A stretch of DNA of 64,000 bases, from contig OY968796.1 in NCBI GenBank assembly GCA_963695545.1, positions 1,344,001-1,408,000 on the forward strand. Reading direction: 5' to 3'. Shown one piece after another: positions 10,040 to 22,312 of this stretch. The stretch is from Terriglobia bacterium. GTDB taxonomy: Bacteria; Acidobacteriota; Terriglobia; Acidiferrales; UBA7541. The notes beneath the pieces are model-generated. The model saw only the letters and a program-made list of their open reading frames with translations. It did not search any database and had not been told where the DNA came from. Position 1 is the stretch's first letter. The number at the start of each line of letters is the position of its first letter. Position numbers and translations under genes: made by a program.

Positions 10040-10891
10040 CTACTCGCTCAGCAGCGAATCCGGCGTCATGTGGTACATCTCAAGGCCCTGGCGGATTCGG
10101 TCGAAGGCCTGGTCTACTGTGTCCGCAAACTCGAGCAGATGAAATTCCTTCTCGTTGATGGTGCCGCTGCGCAACATATGTTTCCAGTTCAGGACCTTGT
10201 CCCAATAACTCCGCCCGTAAATCAGAATAATGTTGCGCCGCTGGAGCTTTCCTGTCTGCATCAGCGTGAGCATCTCCCAGAGTTCGTCCATCGTGCCGAA
10301 CCCTCCGGGAAAAACGATCAGCGCCTTCGCCAGTTGCGCAAACCACAATTTGCGCATGAAAAAATAATGGAACATGAAGCTGAGCTCGGGACTGATGTAA
10401 CCGTTGGGCCACTGCTCATGCGGCAGCTCGATGCTCAGGCCAATGGATTTTCCTCCGGCCTCGGCGGCGCCGCGGTTGGCTGCCTCCATGATGCCGGGAC
10501 CTCCGCCCGAGCAGATCACGAAGCGCCGCGGCCGTTCGCCCAGCGTGAGCGACCAGGTCGTCAGTCGATGCGCCAGCTCTCTTGCTTCTTCGTAGTAGCG
10601 CGACATCTTGAGCGCCGCGTGCGCCCGGCCCAGCGCCGCGCGATGCTCGGCCGAACGGCCGCCCGCGCGCACTCGCTTCAGGCGCTGCAAATCCCGCAGT
10701 GCGCGTTCGCGTGGCTGGATCCGCGCGGAACCAAAAATCACGATCGTGTCGCCCACGCCTTCGCGGCGCAGCCGCGCCAGCGGATCGAGATATTCCGAAA
10801 CGATGCGCACGGGCCGCGCTGGCACACTGTCAAGAAAGGCTTGATCCCGAAACGGCGCCTGGGGCACGGCGCCGTGGCGTTTGGTCGGCAT
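10040..10891 (-). CDS. LOG family (TIGR00730) nucleotide phosphoribohydrolase
   Basis: IFGSAR, SGGGPGIMEAANRGA, FFMRKLWF, PGGFGTMDE motifs; start at ATG 10891 after GGAGG. Confidence 0.9.
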   Translation of the reverse strand: MPTKRHGAVPQAPFRDQAFLDSVPARPVRIVSEYLDPLARLRREGVGDTIVIFGSARIQPRERALRDLQRLKRVRAGGRSAEHRAALGRAHAALKMSRYYEEARELAHRLTTWSLTLGERPRRFVICSGGGPGIMEAANRGAAEAGGKSIGLSIELPHEQWPNGYISPELSFMFHYFFMRKLWFAQLAKALIVFPGGFGTMDELWEMLTLMQTGKLQRRNIILIYGRSYWDKVLNWKHMLRSGTINEKEFHLLEFADTVDQAFDRIRQGLEMYHMTPDSLLSE

Positions 10892-11024
10892 GAATCCTCC
10901 CGAATGGCGGTGCGCGCTGACCCGCCGGGCAATCAGCCATTCTACCCGCGCGCTCGCAACTGGCCAACGTCGCCGATCAACGTTGGAGCGCCAGAAAGCA
11001 TCAAATCCGGTAGACTTGGGGCCT

Positions 11025-12176
11025 ATGAGACACCTCGCGAAATTCGCCTTTGCGCTCGGCGGCCTCTCGCTTGCGGCCGCGCTGGCCTTTGCACAATCCA
11101 CTTCCGGACCCGCGAGTCCCGCGCCCTCCGCGCCAAAGCCGAAAGCACCGGCTATTCCCGCGCAGGAGGCTCCCGCGAAGATCGTCGTGCAGACGCAAGA
11201 AGTAACCACGCCGGTCACCGTGAAAGATTCGCGGGGCGAGCTTGTGTTGGATCTGACCGCGAAGAATTTTCGCGTCTTCGACAACAAGGTCGAGCAAACG
11301 GACATCACCGTCGATCAAGGCGGCGATCCAGTCTCGGCCGTGCTGGTCTTTGAGACAAGCTCCCGCATCACGCCCCTGTTCCCCGCCATTCAGAAAACCG
11401 GAATTCTATTCACCCAGGACGTGATCGGCTCCACGGGCGATGCCGCCGTCCTCGGTTACAACGATACAGTGGACCATCTGTTGGGTTTCACAAGCGATGC
11501 CGATCAAATTGAGAAGACCGTAAAAGATCTCGCCCCCGGAACTTCCGGCGTGAAGCTCTACGACGCGCTGGCCACGGCGTTGCACATGCTGCTCGGCAGG
11601 CCCGATACCCGGCGCCGCGTCATCATCCTGCTCGGCGAAGCGTCAGACTCGGGAAGCGAAGCCAAGCTCGGCCAAGTGCTGCGCGACGCCCAGGCGGCCG
11701 ACATCACCATCTTCACCGTGGGCCTTTCTTCCACTTCCGCAACCACGCGCTCGGCATCGAAATCCGGCGCCCCGCCGTCGGACACGCCGCCGGGCATCAT
11801 CGGCGGCCCGACAATACCGGGCGAAGCTCCCACTCCGGATATGCAACAAGCTGGCGCGAACCCCAGCAGCGGCGACGCAAACCTGATGAATGTAGTCAGC
11901 TGGGCGGTGACGCACGCCGTGGCCACCGTGAAGGAACGTCCGCTCGAGGTCGCGACCGCCGCCACCGGCGGACTCTATCAATCCACTTTCCGCGACCACT
12001 CGATCGAAGATGCCATCGATCAGATCGGCGCCGAACTGCATGGGCAATACATTTTGGCCTACCGGCCCTCCGGCACCGCGCAATATGGCTATCACGAAAT
12101 TGAAGTTCGGGTGAACCGTCCGAATCTGAATGTGCGCGCCCGGCCCGGTTACTACCTAACGGCGCCAGGCGGCTGA
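11025..12176 (+). CDS. Secreted VWA-domain protein (acidobacterial VWFA-related type)
   Basis: Signal peptide; PVTVKDSRGELVLDLTAKNFRVFDN, LYDAL, ATGG, ELHGQYILAYRP, VRARPGYY. Confidence 0.85.
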   Translation: MRHLAKFAFALGGLSLAAALAFAQSTSGPASPAPSAPKPKAPAIPAQEAPAKIVVQTQEVTTPVTVKDSRGELVLDLTAKNFRVFDNKVEQTDITVDQGGDPVSAVLVFETSSRITPLFPAIQKTGILFTQDVIGSTGDAAVLGYNDTVDHLLGFTSDADQIEKTVKDLAPGTSGVKLYDALATALHMLLGRPDTRRRVIILLGEASDSGSEAKLGQVLRDAQAADITIFTVGLSSTSATTRSASKSGAPPSDTPPGIIGGPTIPGEAPTPDMQQAGANPSSGDANLMNVVSWAVTHAVATVKERPLEVATAATGGLYQSTFRDHSIEDAIDQIGAELHGQYILAYRPSGTAQYGYHEIEVRVNRPNLNVRARPGYYLTAPGG

Positions 12177-12256
12177 TTTCTGGATCCAGCCCCTCGCGCG
12201 CTCCGCGCGGCTGGCCTTACGAGGATTTGACAGCGCAGATCTTCCGTCGCGGTCGC

Positions 12257-14803
12257 TCAGGTCTTGCCGTTTTCTTTCTCCGCAGCCTCTTCTTCAAGTA
12301 ACACTGCGGCCGCGGCGATCTTGTCGCCCGCGTCAAGGCGCAGCAGCCGCACGCCCTGCGTCGAGCGACCGGCCTCGCGGATTTCGTTCGCGTGCACGCG
12401 AATCACTTTCCCCACCGAGGTGATGATCATCACGTCGGATTCTTCGGTCACCTGCAGCGCCGCCACCACCGGCCCGTTGCGCTCGGTCGATTTCAAATTG
12501 ATCACGCCTTTGCCGCCGCGCGACGTGATGCGATATTCCGCCAGCGGCGTCCGCTTGCCGAATCCTTTTTCCGCCACCGTCAGCATAAGCGAAGTCAGTG
12601 AGTCGCGAATTTCGTCCGCCTCCAACTCGTCCAGTTTATCGGCGGACTTCTTGGTTTCCTTGCGCAAAATCTCCGGGTCCGGCGTCACCGCTTCCATGCT
12701 CACCAAGTAATCGTTCTTCCCCAGGTCCATTCCGTTCACGCCGCCGGCCGCGCGCCCCATCGAGCGCACGTCGGTTTCGCGAAACACGATGGCTTGCCCC
12801 TCGCGGCTCGCGAGGAAAATCATCTGCTTGCCGTCGGTCAGCTTCGCGCCGATCAATTCGTCCTTGGCCTCCAGGTTGATGGCGATGATTCCGCTCGAGC
12901 GCGGGTTCGAGAATTCCGCGAGCGTGGTTTTCTTCACTGTGCCGTTGCGCGTGGCGAAAAAGACGTAACGGCCTTCTTCTTCCAGATTGTGCGCCACCAC
13001 CACCGCGGTCATGTGCTCGTCTTCCTGAAATTTCACGAGGCTGGTGATCGCCTTGCCGCGCGTGGCCGCCGCCGCTTCGGGAATTTCGTAAACTTTCAGC
13101 CAATACACGCGCCCTTTTGAGGTGAACAGCAGAATGTAACTGTGCGCCGAAGCGATGAACAGGTGCTCGACGAAATCCTCTTCCTTCGTTCGCGCGCCGA
13201 TGCGCCCCTTGCCTCCGCGCGATTGGTGGCGATAGAGCTCCACCGGCGTGCGCTTCACATATCCTGCGTGGCTCACGGTGATGGCCATGTCCGTGTCCGC
13301 GATCAGGTCTTCGAGTTCGATCTCCTCGACCTTGTCGACGATCTGCGTGCGGCGCTCATCGCCAAAAAGTTTCTGCACCTCGCGCAGCTCGGTGACGATC
13401 ACGCCCTTGAGTTTCTTTTCGCTCGCCAGAATCGCCCGCAGTTCGGCGATCAACGCCTGAATTTCCTTCAATTCCTGCAGAATCTTTTCGCGCTCCATTT
13501 GCGTCAGACGGTGCAACTGGAGATCGAGAATGGCTTGCGCCTGGCGCTCGGAGAATTCCCAGCGCTCGATCAATCCCGCCTTGGCTTCGGTCGGCGATTT
13601 CGATTTGCGGATCAGCTTAATGATGTCGTCCAGGTGATCGAGCGCTTTCTTGAATCCCAGCAGGATGTGCTCGCGCTCTTCGGCCTTGCGCAAATCGAAT
13701 TGCGTTCGCCGGCGAACGACTTCCACGCGGTGCTCGATGAACAGGCGCAGCATGTCCATCATCGGCAGTTCGCGCGGCTGACCCTTCACAATGCTCAGCA
13801 GAATCACGCCAAACGATTCCTGCATCTGCGTGAGTTTGAAAAGGTGATTCAGGATGAGCTGGCTTTCCTCGCCGCGTTTGATTTCGACCACCACGCGCAT
13901 GCCCTGGCGGTCGGATTCATCGCGCACGTCGGAGATGCCTTCGATTTTCTTGGTTTGCACAAGCTCGGCGATGCGCTCGATTAGGCGCGCCTTATTCACC
14001 TGAAACGGAATTTCGGTGATCACGATGCTTTCGCGGTCTTTCGCGCCCTGCTCGATGGCTGCCTTGGCGCGCATCGTAAACGTGCCGCGCCCTGTCTTGT
14101 ACGCGTCCAGGATGCCGTCCTTGCCCGCGATGTAACCGCCTGTGGGGAAGTCCGGGCCCGGCATCACCTTCATGATTTCTTTCAACGTCACGTTCGGATC
14201 TTCGATCAGCATCACCGTGGCTTCCACCACCTCGCGCATATTGTGCGGAGGAATATTCGTGGCCATGCCCACGGCGATTCCCGAAGCTCCATTCACAAGA
14301 AGATTCGGAGTTTTCGCGGGAAGGACGGAAGGCTCTTCGCGTGTCTGATCGAAATTCGGAACGAAATCGACGGTCTCTTTTTCCAGATCGGCCAGCAGTT
14401 CTTCGGAAACTCGCGTCAATCGCGCTTCCGTGTATCGCATGGCCGCCGGCGGATCGCCGTCCACCGAGCCAAAATTTCCCTGACCATCCACCAGCATGTA
14501 GCGCATGTTGAAGCCCTGCGCCAGACGCACCAGAGTGGGATAAATAATCGCTTCACCGTGCGGATGATAGTTGCCGGAAGTGTCTCCGCAGATTTTGGCG
14601 CACTTGCGGAAGCCGCGATTCGAGGCGAGGCCCAGATCGTTCATGGCGATCAGAATGCGGCGCTGCACCGGCTTCAAGCCGTCGCGCACATCCGGGATGG
14701 CGCGCGCCACGATCACGCTCATGGCGTAATCGAGATACGACCGCTTCATTTCCGCTTCGATGTCGATCGGTACGATCTGCGCCTGAAGAACTTCGTCAGC
14801 CAT
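12257..14803 (-). CDS. gyrA: DNA gyrase subunit A
   Basis: SYLDYAMSVIVARA, PDVRDGLKPVQRR, AAMRYTEARL, GyrA-box QSRGGKG, beta-pinwheel repeats. Confidence 0.98.
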   Translation of the reverse strand: MADEVLQAQIVPIDIEAEMKRSYLDYAMSVIVARAIPDVRDGLKPVQRRILIAMNDLGLASNRGFRKCAKICGDTSGNYHPHGEAIIYPTLVRLAQGFNMRYMLVDGQGNFGSVDGDPPAAMRYTEARLTRVSEELLADLEKETVDFVPNFDQTREEPSVLPAKTPNLLVNGASGIAVGMATNIPPHNMREVVEATVMLIEDPNVTLKEIMKVMPGPDFPTGGYIAGKDGILDAYKTGRGTFTMRAKAAIEQGAKDRESIVITEIPFQVNKARLIERIAELVQTKKIEGISDVRDESDRQGMRVVVEIKRGEESQLILNHLFKLTQMQESFGVILLSIVKGQPRELPMMDMLRLFIEHRVEVVRRRTQFDLRKAEEREHILLGFKKALDHLDDIIKLIRKSKSPTEAKAGLIERWEFSERQAQAILDLQLHRLTQMEREKILQELKEIQALIAELRAILASEKKLKGVIVTELREVQKLFGDERRTQIVDKVEEIELEDLIADTDMAITVSHAGYVKRTPVELYRHQSRGGKGRIGARTKEEDFVEHLFIASAHSYILLFTSKGRVYWLKVYEIPEAAAATRGKAITSLVKFQEDEHMTAVVVAHNLEEEGRYVFFATRNGTVKKTTLAEFSNPRSSGIIAINLEAKDELIGAKLTDGKQMIFLASREGQAIVFRETDVRSMGRAAGGVNGMDLGKNDYLVSMEAVTPDPEILRKETKKSADKLDELEADEIRDSLTSLMLTVAEKGFGKRTPLAEYRITSRGGKGVINLKSTERNGPVVAALQVTEESDVMIITSVGKVIRVHANEIREAGRSTQGVRLLRLDAGDKIAAAAVLLEEEAAEKENGKT

Positions 14804-14817
14804 CTATCTCTTCTCCC

Positions 14818-15075
14818 CTAATCGTTCTCGAGCTGCGCGGCGCGCTCTACGATGTACGCCTTGACCGTGTCGAAGGCGTCCGACGCGCTCATGAAGCGGC
14901 GCGCGGCGAATGCCCGTTCGAGGTCGGCCAGGAACTCTTCGCGCCCGGAGTCGCCTGCTATTCGAATCGCTACGCCACGCTCGTTATCCGGACTGGCCGT
15001 CGGAGTCGCGCGAAATTCGTTGCAACCGAGTCCCCGCAGCCCCGGCAATGTTGTCCAACTCACCTGGTAGTACAC
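14818..15075 (-). CDS. Small hypothetical protein between gyrB and gyrA (~85 aa)
   Basis: GTG 8 nt after the gyrB stop; VYYQVSWTTLPGLRGLGCNEFRA...AFDTVKAYIVERAAQLEND; ends 14 nt before the gyrA start. Confidence 0.55.
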   Translation of the reverse strand: MYYQVSWTTLPGLRGLGCNEFRATPTASPDNERGVAIRIAGDSGREEFLADLERAFAARRFMSASDAFDTVKAYIVERAAQLEND

Positions 15076-15083
15076 GCGCGCTC

Positions 15084-17531
<2,448 letters not shown>

Positions 17532-17836
17532 TCAGTGACGAAAACCATCGCACTCTCAACAGCGATTGCACGGAAAGGTAGGCCGCAAAATCGAGTGGCC
17601 GACACTTGATTACCCTGTGGCCCGGCGATTTTTTTCGCCCGGACTCGAAGGGTTCTTTCCGCTCCATCCCGTCCTGTATTCCGCTTGCGCGGAAGTGGAC
17701 GCGGCGAAGACTACGTTCTTCCAGGCTCCGCGAATCCCGCTTGTTCTGGCGCGAACAAGCCAACCGATCGAGGGTGCCGCGGCCCTGGCCAACGTGCCGT
17801 TTTAGAGGAAGCCAAAACTACTCCAAACAGACTTCT

Positions 17837-17865
17837 ATTGTAGCTCGGAACGTGCCACGCCTCAA
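17837..17865 (-). promoter_or_regulatory. Putative gyrB promoter
   Basis: Minus-strand TTGAGG, 17 nt spacer, TACAAT, about 330 nt upstream of gyrB. Confidence 0.45.
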
Positions 17866-17990
17866 GGCCCAGTTCCTGATGCAAAACACGTCAAATCTTT
17901 TATTTGGAATGGCTTGCGGCGCTTACGACCGGCGCCAAGAGGGCCTTCTTAACGAGGTTTCTGAAGGTGGTTTTTCGTGTCCCTGAACCG

Positions 17991-19103
17991 TCAGATTCGC
18001 ATTGGCATAATCACGTAACGGTACTCGTATGACTCATCCGCCAGCGGCCGCAATTGCCCCGCCGATTGCTCGTCTTTCAACTCCAGGCTGATCGGCCCGT
18101 CCGGCGCGGCCGCCAAAAAATCCAGCAGATATTGGGCGTTGAAACCGATTGAAAGCGGCTCGCCCTTATATTCTTTTTCGATCGTCTCCCGCGCCTCTCC
18201 GTATTCCGGGCTCGACGCCGAAATTTCGACGCCTTCTTTTGAAATCGAAAACTTCACGGCGCGCGAACGCTGATCGGCCAATTGCGAAACGCGCCGCACG
18301 GCGTCGTTCAATTCGCCGCGCTCGAGCACGATTTTCTTGTTGTTCTCGCGCGGCAGCACGGCTTCATAGTTCGGGAATTGCCCCGTGAGCATGCGGCTGA
18401 TCAGCAATCGCTCGCCGGCCTTGAAAAATAAATGGCTGTCGTCGCGCGCAAATTCGATTTCTTCTTTCTCCTGGGCCTCCGCGGCCAGCCGCTGAATTTC
18501 AACCAGCGCTTTTTTCGGCACCAGCGTACGGACTTCGCTCGATAGCCCGGCAATCGCGTGCTTGGTTTCCGCCTGCGCCAGGCGATGACCGTCGGTCGCC
18601 ACCATTCCAATCGAATCGGGCTTCAGAATCAGCAGCGCTCCATTCAGCGTGTAGCGCGATTCCTCCGCCGAGATGGCAAAGTGCGTCCTGGCAATCAGCG
18701 AAGCAAGAATCGCCGCCGGCAATTTTGCCAGCGGATGCGGAAACGCCGGTATCGCGGGGAAATTACCCTTTTCCATGCCGATCATCTTGTATGTCTTGCG
18801 GTCGGCGACGATTTGCACCCAGTGATTTTCGAGCAGCTTGAATCGCAGATCCCCTTCGGGCAGTAATCGCACGAGCTCCAGTAGTTTCTTCGCTGGAACG
18901 GTTCCTGCGCCCTCGGTTTTGACCTTGGCTTCACAGCTCGATCGGATCGAAAGCTCAAGATCCGTCGCCGTCAGCGTCAGGCGGTTGCCTTTCGCTTCAA
19001 AAAGGAGATTCGAGAGGATGGGGATGGTGGTCTTCCGTTCGACCACCCCTTGCGTCAGATTCAATTCGCCGAGCAGGTCAAATTTCTTGATGCTGAATTC
19101 CAT
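17991..19103 (-). CDS. dnaN: DNA polymerase III beta clamp
   Basis: TIPILSNLL, ATDLE, VATDGHRLA, GFNAQYLLD, YVIMPMRI. Confidence 0.97.
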   Translation of the reverse strand: MEFSIKKFDLLGELNLTQGVVERKTTIPILSNLLFEAKGNRLTLTATDLELSIRSSCEAKVKTEGAGTVPAKKLLELVRLLPEGDLRFKLLENHWVQIVADRKTYKMIGMEKGNFPAIPAFPHPLAKLPAAILASLIARTHFAISAEESRYTLNGALLILKPDSIGMVATDGHRLAQAETKHAIAGLSSEVRTLVPKKALVEIQRLAAEAQEKEEIEFARDDSHLFFKAGERLLISRMLTGQFPNYEAVLPRENNKKIVLERGELNDAVRRVSQLADQRSRAVKFSISKEGVEISASSPEYGEARETIEKEYKGEPLSIGFNAQYLLDFLAAAPDGPISLELKDEQSAGQLRPLADESYEYRYVIMPMRI

Positions 19104-19187
19104 CCGGATTTCCTCCGCCGGGGGCGCACCGCGGGCACAAACCGTAAGACGGCTACTCTATCCTGTTTCATGATAGGGATAAAGACC

Positions 19188-19295
19188 GTAGTAGTAGCCG
19201 TGCCTGTGGAAACGAGGAAAACTCCCGGGGCGCAGCCAGCAGCACGACTTGCGCCGCGCACCACGTATGAACGCGCCTGTGCACGCTGTGGAAGA
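19188..19295. other. oriC unwinding module: DnaA box + GC spacer + DnaA-trios
   Basis: Minus strand GTTTCCACA (19205-19213), GGCACGG, CTACTACTAC (19188-19197); a further box-like TGTGGAAGA at 19287-19295; located in the dnaA-dnaN gap. Confidence 0.7.
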
Positions 19296-19503
19296 AAGCG
19301 GCCGCAGTAACGATGCGCCTCGAGCAACCTCGAAACGCTGCACAGGCATGCGCACAGCGCCCACAGGAACCGCAGCGGTTTTCAACAGCGCCCGCGCGGC
19401 GATACGCAGCACCGCGGCCGCGACGACATCTGCGGCCACACGCAGAATCCATGGAAAGAGACGCCGACAGAAATTTTAAGAGGGGAAACTTCGAGCCGGA
19501 ATT

Positions 19504-20829
19504 TTACGCGAATGAATCCATCAAGCGGTTGATCGTGCGGTTTAAATCTTTGTCGTTGCGGCGCAGTGCATCGATCTTGTGAATGGAGTGCAACACCGTC
19601 GTGTGGTGCTTCCCGCCAAAATGCCGGCCAATCTCCGGCAGCGACGCCGTCGTCAACTGCTTCACCAAATACATCGCCACCTGCCGCGGAAACGCAATGG
19701 CCTTGGCGTTCGAGCGAATCTTGAGCTCATGCTCGCGCAAACCGAATTGCTCGCCGACTTTTTTCTGAATCAGCTCGATCGTGACCTTTTTCTCCTGCGT
19801 GGTGATGATGTTGCTCAGCACCTGTTGCGCCATGGCCAGGCTCACGGCCGTGCCCGTTAGCGCGGTATAAGCCATCAGCCGCGTCAGCGCGCCTTCGAGC
19901 TCGCGCACGTTCGATTTGATCGAGCGCGCGATGTATTCGGCAACCTCATCGGCCAGCATGAAGTGCTCGGCTTCCGCGCGTTTCTGCAGAATGGCGATCT
20001 TGGTTTCAAGATCCGGCGGCTGTATGTCGGCGATCAGCCCCCACTCAAAGCGCGAGCGCAACCGCTCCTCGATTGCCGAAATCTCCTTCGGCAGGCAGTC
20101 AGAGGAAACCACGATCTGCCGCTGCAGTTCGTACAGCGCGTTAAAGGTGTGGAAGAATTCCTCCTGCGTGCGCTCCTTGCCGGCAATGAACTGAATATCG
20201 TCCACCAACAGCACGTCCACCGAGCGGAACCTCTCGCGAAAACTCAGCATGCGGTCGAAGCGCAGCGAATTGATCACTTCGTTCGTGAATTTCTCCGCGC
20301 TGATGTACGTCAGCCGCACGGCCGGATTGCGTTTCTTGATCAGATGGCCAACGGCCTGCATCAAGTGCGTCTTCCCCATCCCCACTCCGCCGTACAAAAA
20401 CAGTGGGTTGTACGCGCGCGATGGATCCTCCGCCACGGCCAGCGCCGCGGCGTGAGCAAATTGGTTTGAGGCTCCCACGATGAACGTCTCGAACAAATAG
20501 CGCGGATTCAGCTGATGCTCGACGGAATCAAAATCCAGGCGCGCTTGCCGCGGCGCCGTGCCCGGCTGATTGGTTACGGCGGGTGTGGCCTCGGTGGCAG
20601 GACACAGAAAATCGATTTGCGTGTCGGCCATATTCAGTTCGGCCAGCACGGCTTGCAGATATTGCCCGTAGGTTTCCGTCAGCCGCTTCTTAAACAGCTT
20701 CGAGGGAACCCGCACCACGATCGTACCGTTCTCAGCGCCCTCCTGCCGCGTGGGACGAAACCACGTGGAGAAGCTGTGCGGATTCACCCGCCTCTCCATG
20801 CGTTCCAGTATCTTGTCCCAAGCAGTCAT
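19504..20829 (-). CDS. dnaA: Chromosomal replication initiator DnaA
   Basis: YNPLFLYGGVGMGKTHL, LLVDDIQF, RLRSRFEWGL, SNVRELEGAL, FGGKHHTTVLH. Confidence 0.98.
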   Translation of the reverse strand: MTAWDKILERMERRVNPHSFSTWFRPTRQEGAENGTIVVRVPSKLFKKRLTETYGQYLQAVLAELNMADTQIDFLCPATEATPAVTNQPGTAPRQARLDFDSVEHQLNPRYLFETFIVGASNQFAHAAALAVAEDPSRAYNPLFLYGGVGMGKTHLMQAVGHLIKKRNPAVRLTYISAEKFTNEVINSLRFDRMLSFRERFRSVDVLLVDDIQFIAGKERTQEEFFHTFNALYELQRQIVVSSDCLPKEISAIEERLRSRFEWGLIADIQPPDLETKIAILQKRAEAEHFMLADEVAEYIARSIKSNVRELEGALTRLMAYTALTGTAVSLAMAQQVLSNIITTQEKKVTIELIQKKVGEQFGLREHELKIRSNAKAIAFPRQVAMYLVKQLTTASLPEIGRHFGGKHHTTVLHSIHKIDALRRNDKDLNRTINRLMDSFA

Positions 20830-20874
20830 GCCGGCGAAAATCCCCCAAAAGAGAGGCGAGCAAGGCGAGTGGCT

Positions 20875-21146
20875 ATTTCCACAGATGTGGAAATCCTGTG
20901 GATATTAAGCCTTCGGCTTCCGCGCCAAGCCAGTCCCGAAGCAGTATTGCCGTCGTACGCGAAGCACCCGGGGGTAATCACTCAACAAACGGCTTCTCAA
21001 AAAAATTCATCCAACCAGAACGCCGATTTGTTCGCTCCGCCGTACAACCGGTGAGCCGGGATTCTCTCCGATGCCGGGAATTGCCACAAGCGAAAATTCT
21101 ACGAAGACCGGGCGGGGACACACAGGTCTTTCACAGCTTTTCCACA
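20875..21146. promoter_or_regulatory. DnaA-box cluster upstream of dnaA
   Basis: ATTTCCACA 20875-20883, TGTGGAAAT 20886-20894, TGTGGATAT 20897-20905, TTTTCCACA 21138-21146. Confidence 0.75.
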
Positions 21147-21252
21147 CACGCTCAAACCACTGAAGCCATGCGTGTTATTGACACGCGAAGAAAGTTTTCA
21201 ACCGAAATACGCGCGCGCGCGTGTTTGAAATCGACGAAGCGAAAAAAATTTT

Positions 21253-22308
21253 TCAGTGCGCGGTCTTGTCTGGCCGCGCGAATTCATACAGACCGAACGG
21301 ATCGGTACCGAGCAACAACCGATCGGCTTCGACCAGAATCGTCGTCGATTCCAACCGCCCGCCGTCGGGAGTATACGTTCGGTAACTAGCCACTCGATTC
21401 CCTTCCTTGTCGAAATGCAGCAGCAGCGTGCCGGCGGAAACCCACAGATCCTGGCTTTCCGGATCGACCCCCATCCCGGTGATCACCCGGTGCAGTGCCA
21501 CCGATCCGCCGCCTTCTATCCGCGCAATCTCGTCCTTTTCGGCCTGCGCCGCTGAGGGAGTTTTGGGCCCGAGTTCGGGGATGTTCGAGGAAATTTCGGC
21601 CAAAGCATAGCCCACGCGGTCGTACTTGAGCACTTCGGCATCGGGAAGATAATCGAAGGCGAAGTAAACGTCGGACGCCGCGTCGGTCGCAATCACGCCC
21701 GCGCTCGCCTGATGAACCGGCACTGGTTCGTTGACGACGTCGTTTGGGTCGCCAAATTCGCGCACCAGCGTCCCCGAAAGATCAAAGACGGTAACCAAGT
21801 GCACGCCGGAAAGACTGGCCACGGCGATCTCGCTGGCATCGCTGCCTTCCAGAAACGCCACCGATTCCGGCGACACCACGCGAATGAACGTCAGAAGCGA
21901 TCCATCCGTCGCGTACACCTTCACTCCGCCAGCGCCGCGATCGGCCACAGCCACGCGGCCCGCCGAGTCCACGGCCAAACTCTCGCCGTAGACGATGGCC
22001 GCTTGGCCGACCGGATGTTCCGGTACTTGCCCAATTTTTTTCCCTGCCGCGTCGTAGATCATGACTGCGGCGCCGGGAGCGTTGAGCACAAAATAATTTC
22101 CGCCCGGCCCGCGGCACACGCCACGCAATCCCGGCCCCACGTCGGGCAGCACGCGCCGCGCTGCTAGCAATTCCGTTAAAATTGGAACGTCAGTCTGCGC
22201 ACGCGCGCGTGGTACACAGGCCACCACCAGTAGCGGCGTAAGCAACGAAAACAGCGCGCGCCCCAACACTCGCCTGCGTGTCGTCCGAACTCGATCGGCA
22301 TCCGTCAT
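21253..22308 (-). CDS. Exported NHL/beta-propeller repeat protein
   Basis: Signal-like N-terminus; repeats such as SLAVDSAGRVAVAD, IATDAASDVYFAF, MGVDPESQDLWVS. Confidence 0.7.
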   Translation of the reverse strand: MTDADRVRTTRRRVLGRALFSLLTPLLVVACVPRARAQTDVPILTELLAARRVLPDVGPGLRGVCRGPGGNYFVLNAPGAAVMIYDAAGKKIGQVPEHPVGQAAIVYGESLAVDSAGRVAVADRGAGGVKVYATDGSLLTFIRVVSPESVAFLEGSDASEIAVASLSGVHLVTVFDLSGTLVREFGDPNDVVNEPVPVHQASAGVIATDAASDVYFAFDYLPDAEVLKYDRVGYALAEISSNIPELGPKTPSAAQAEKDEIARIEGGGSVALHRVITGMGVDPESQDLWVSAGTLLLHFDKEGNRVASYRTYTPDGGRLESTTILVEADRLLLGTDPFGLYEFARPDKTAH

Positions 22309-22312
22309 GGTG

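Noticed and set aside
9995..11353. Long overlapping ORFs and extended starts around the LOG and VWA genes
   Set aside because: Antisense shadows or over-extended N-termini; RBS and signal-peptide evidence support starts at 10891 (-) and 11025 (+).
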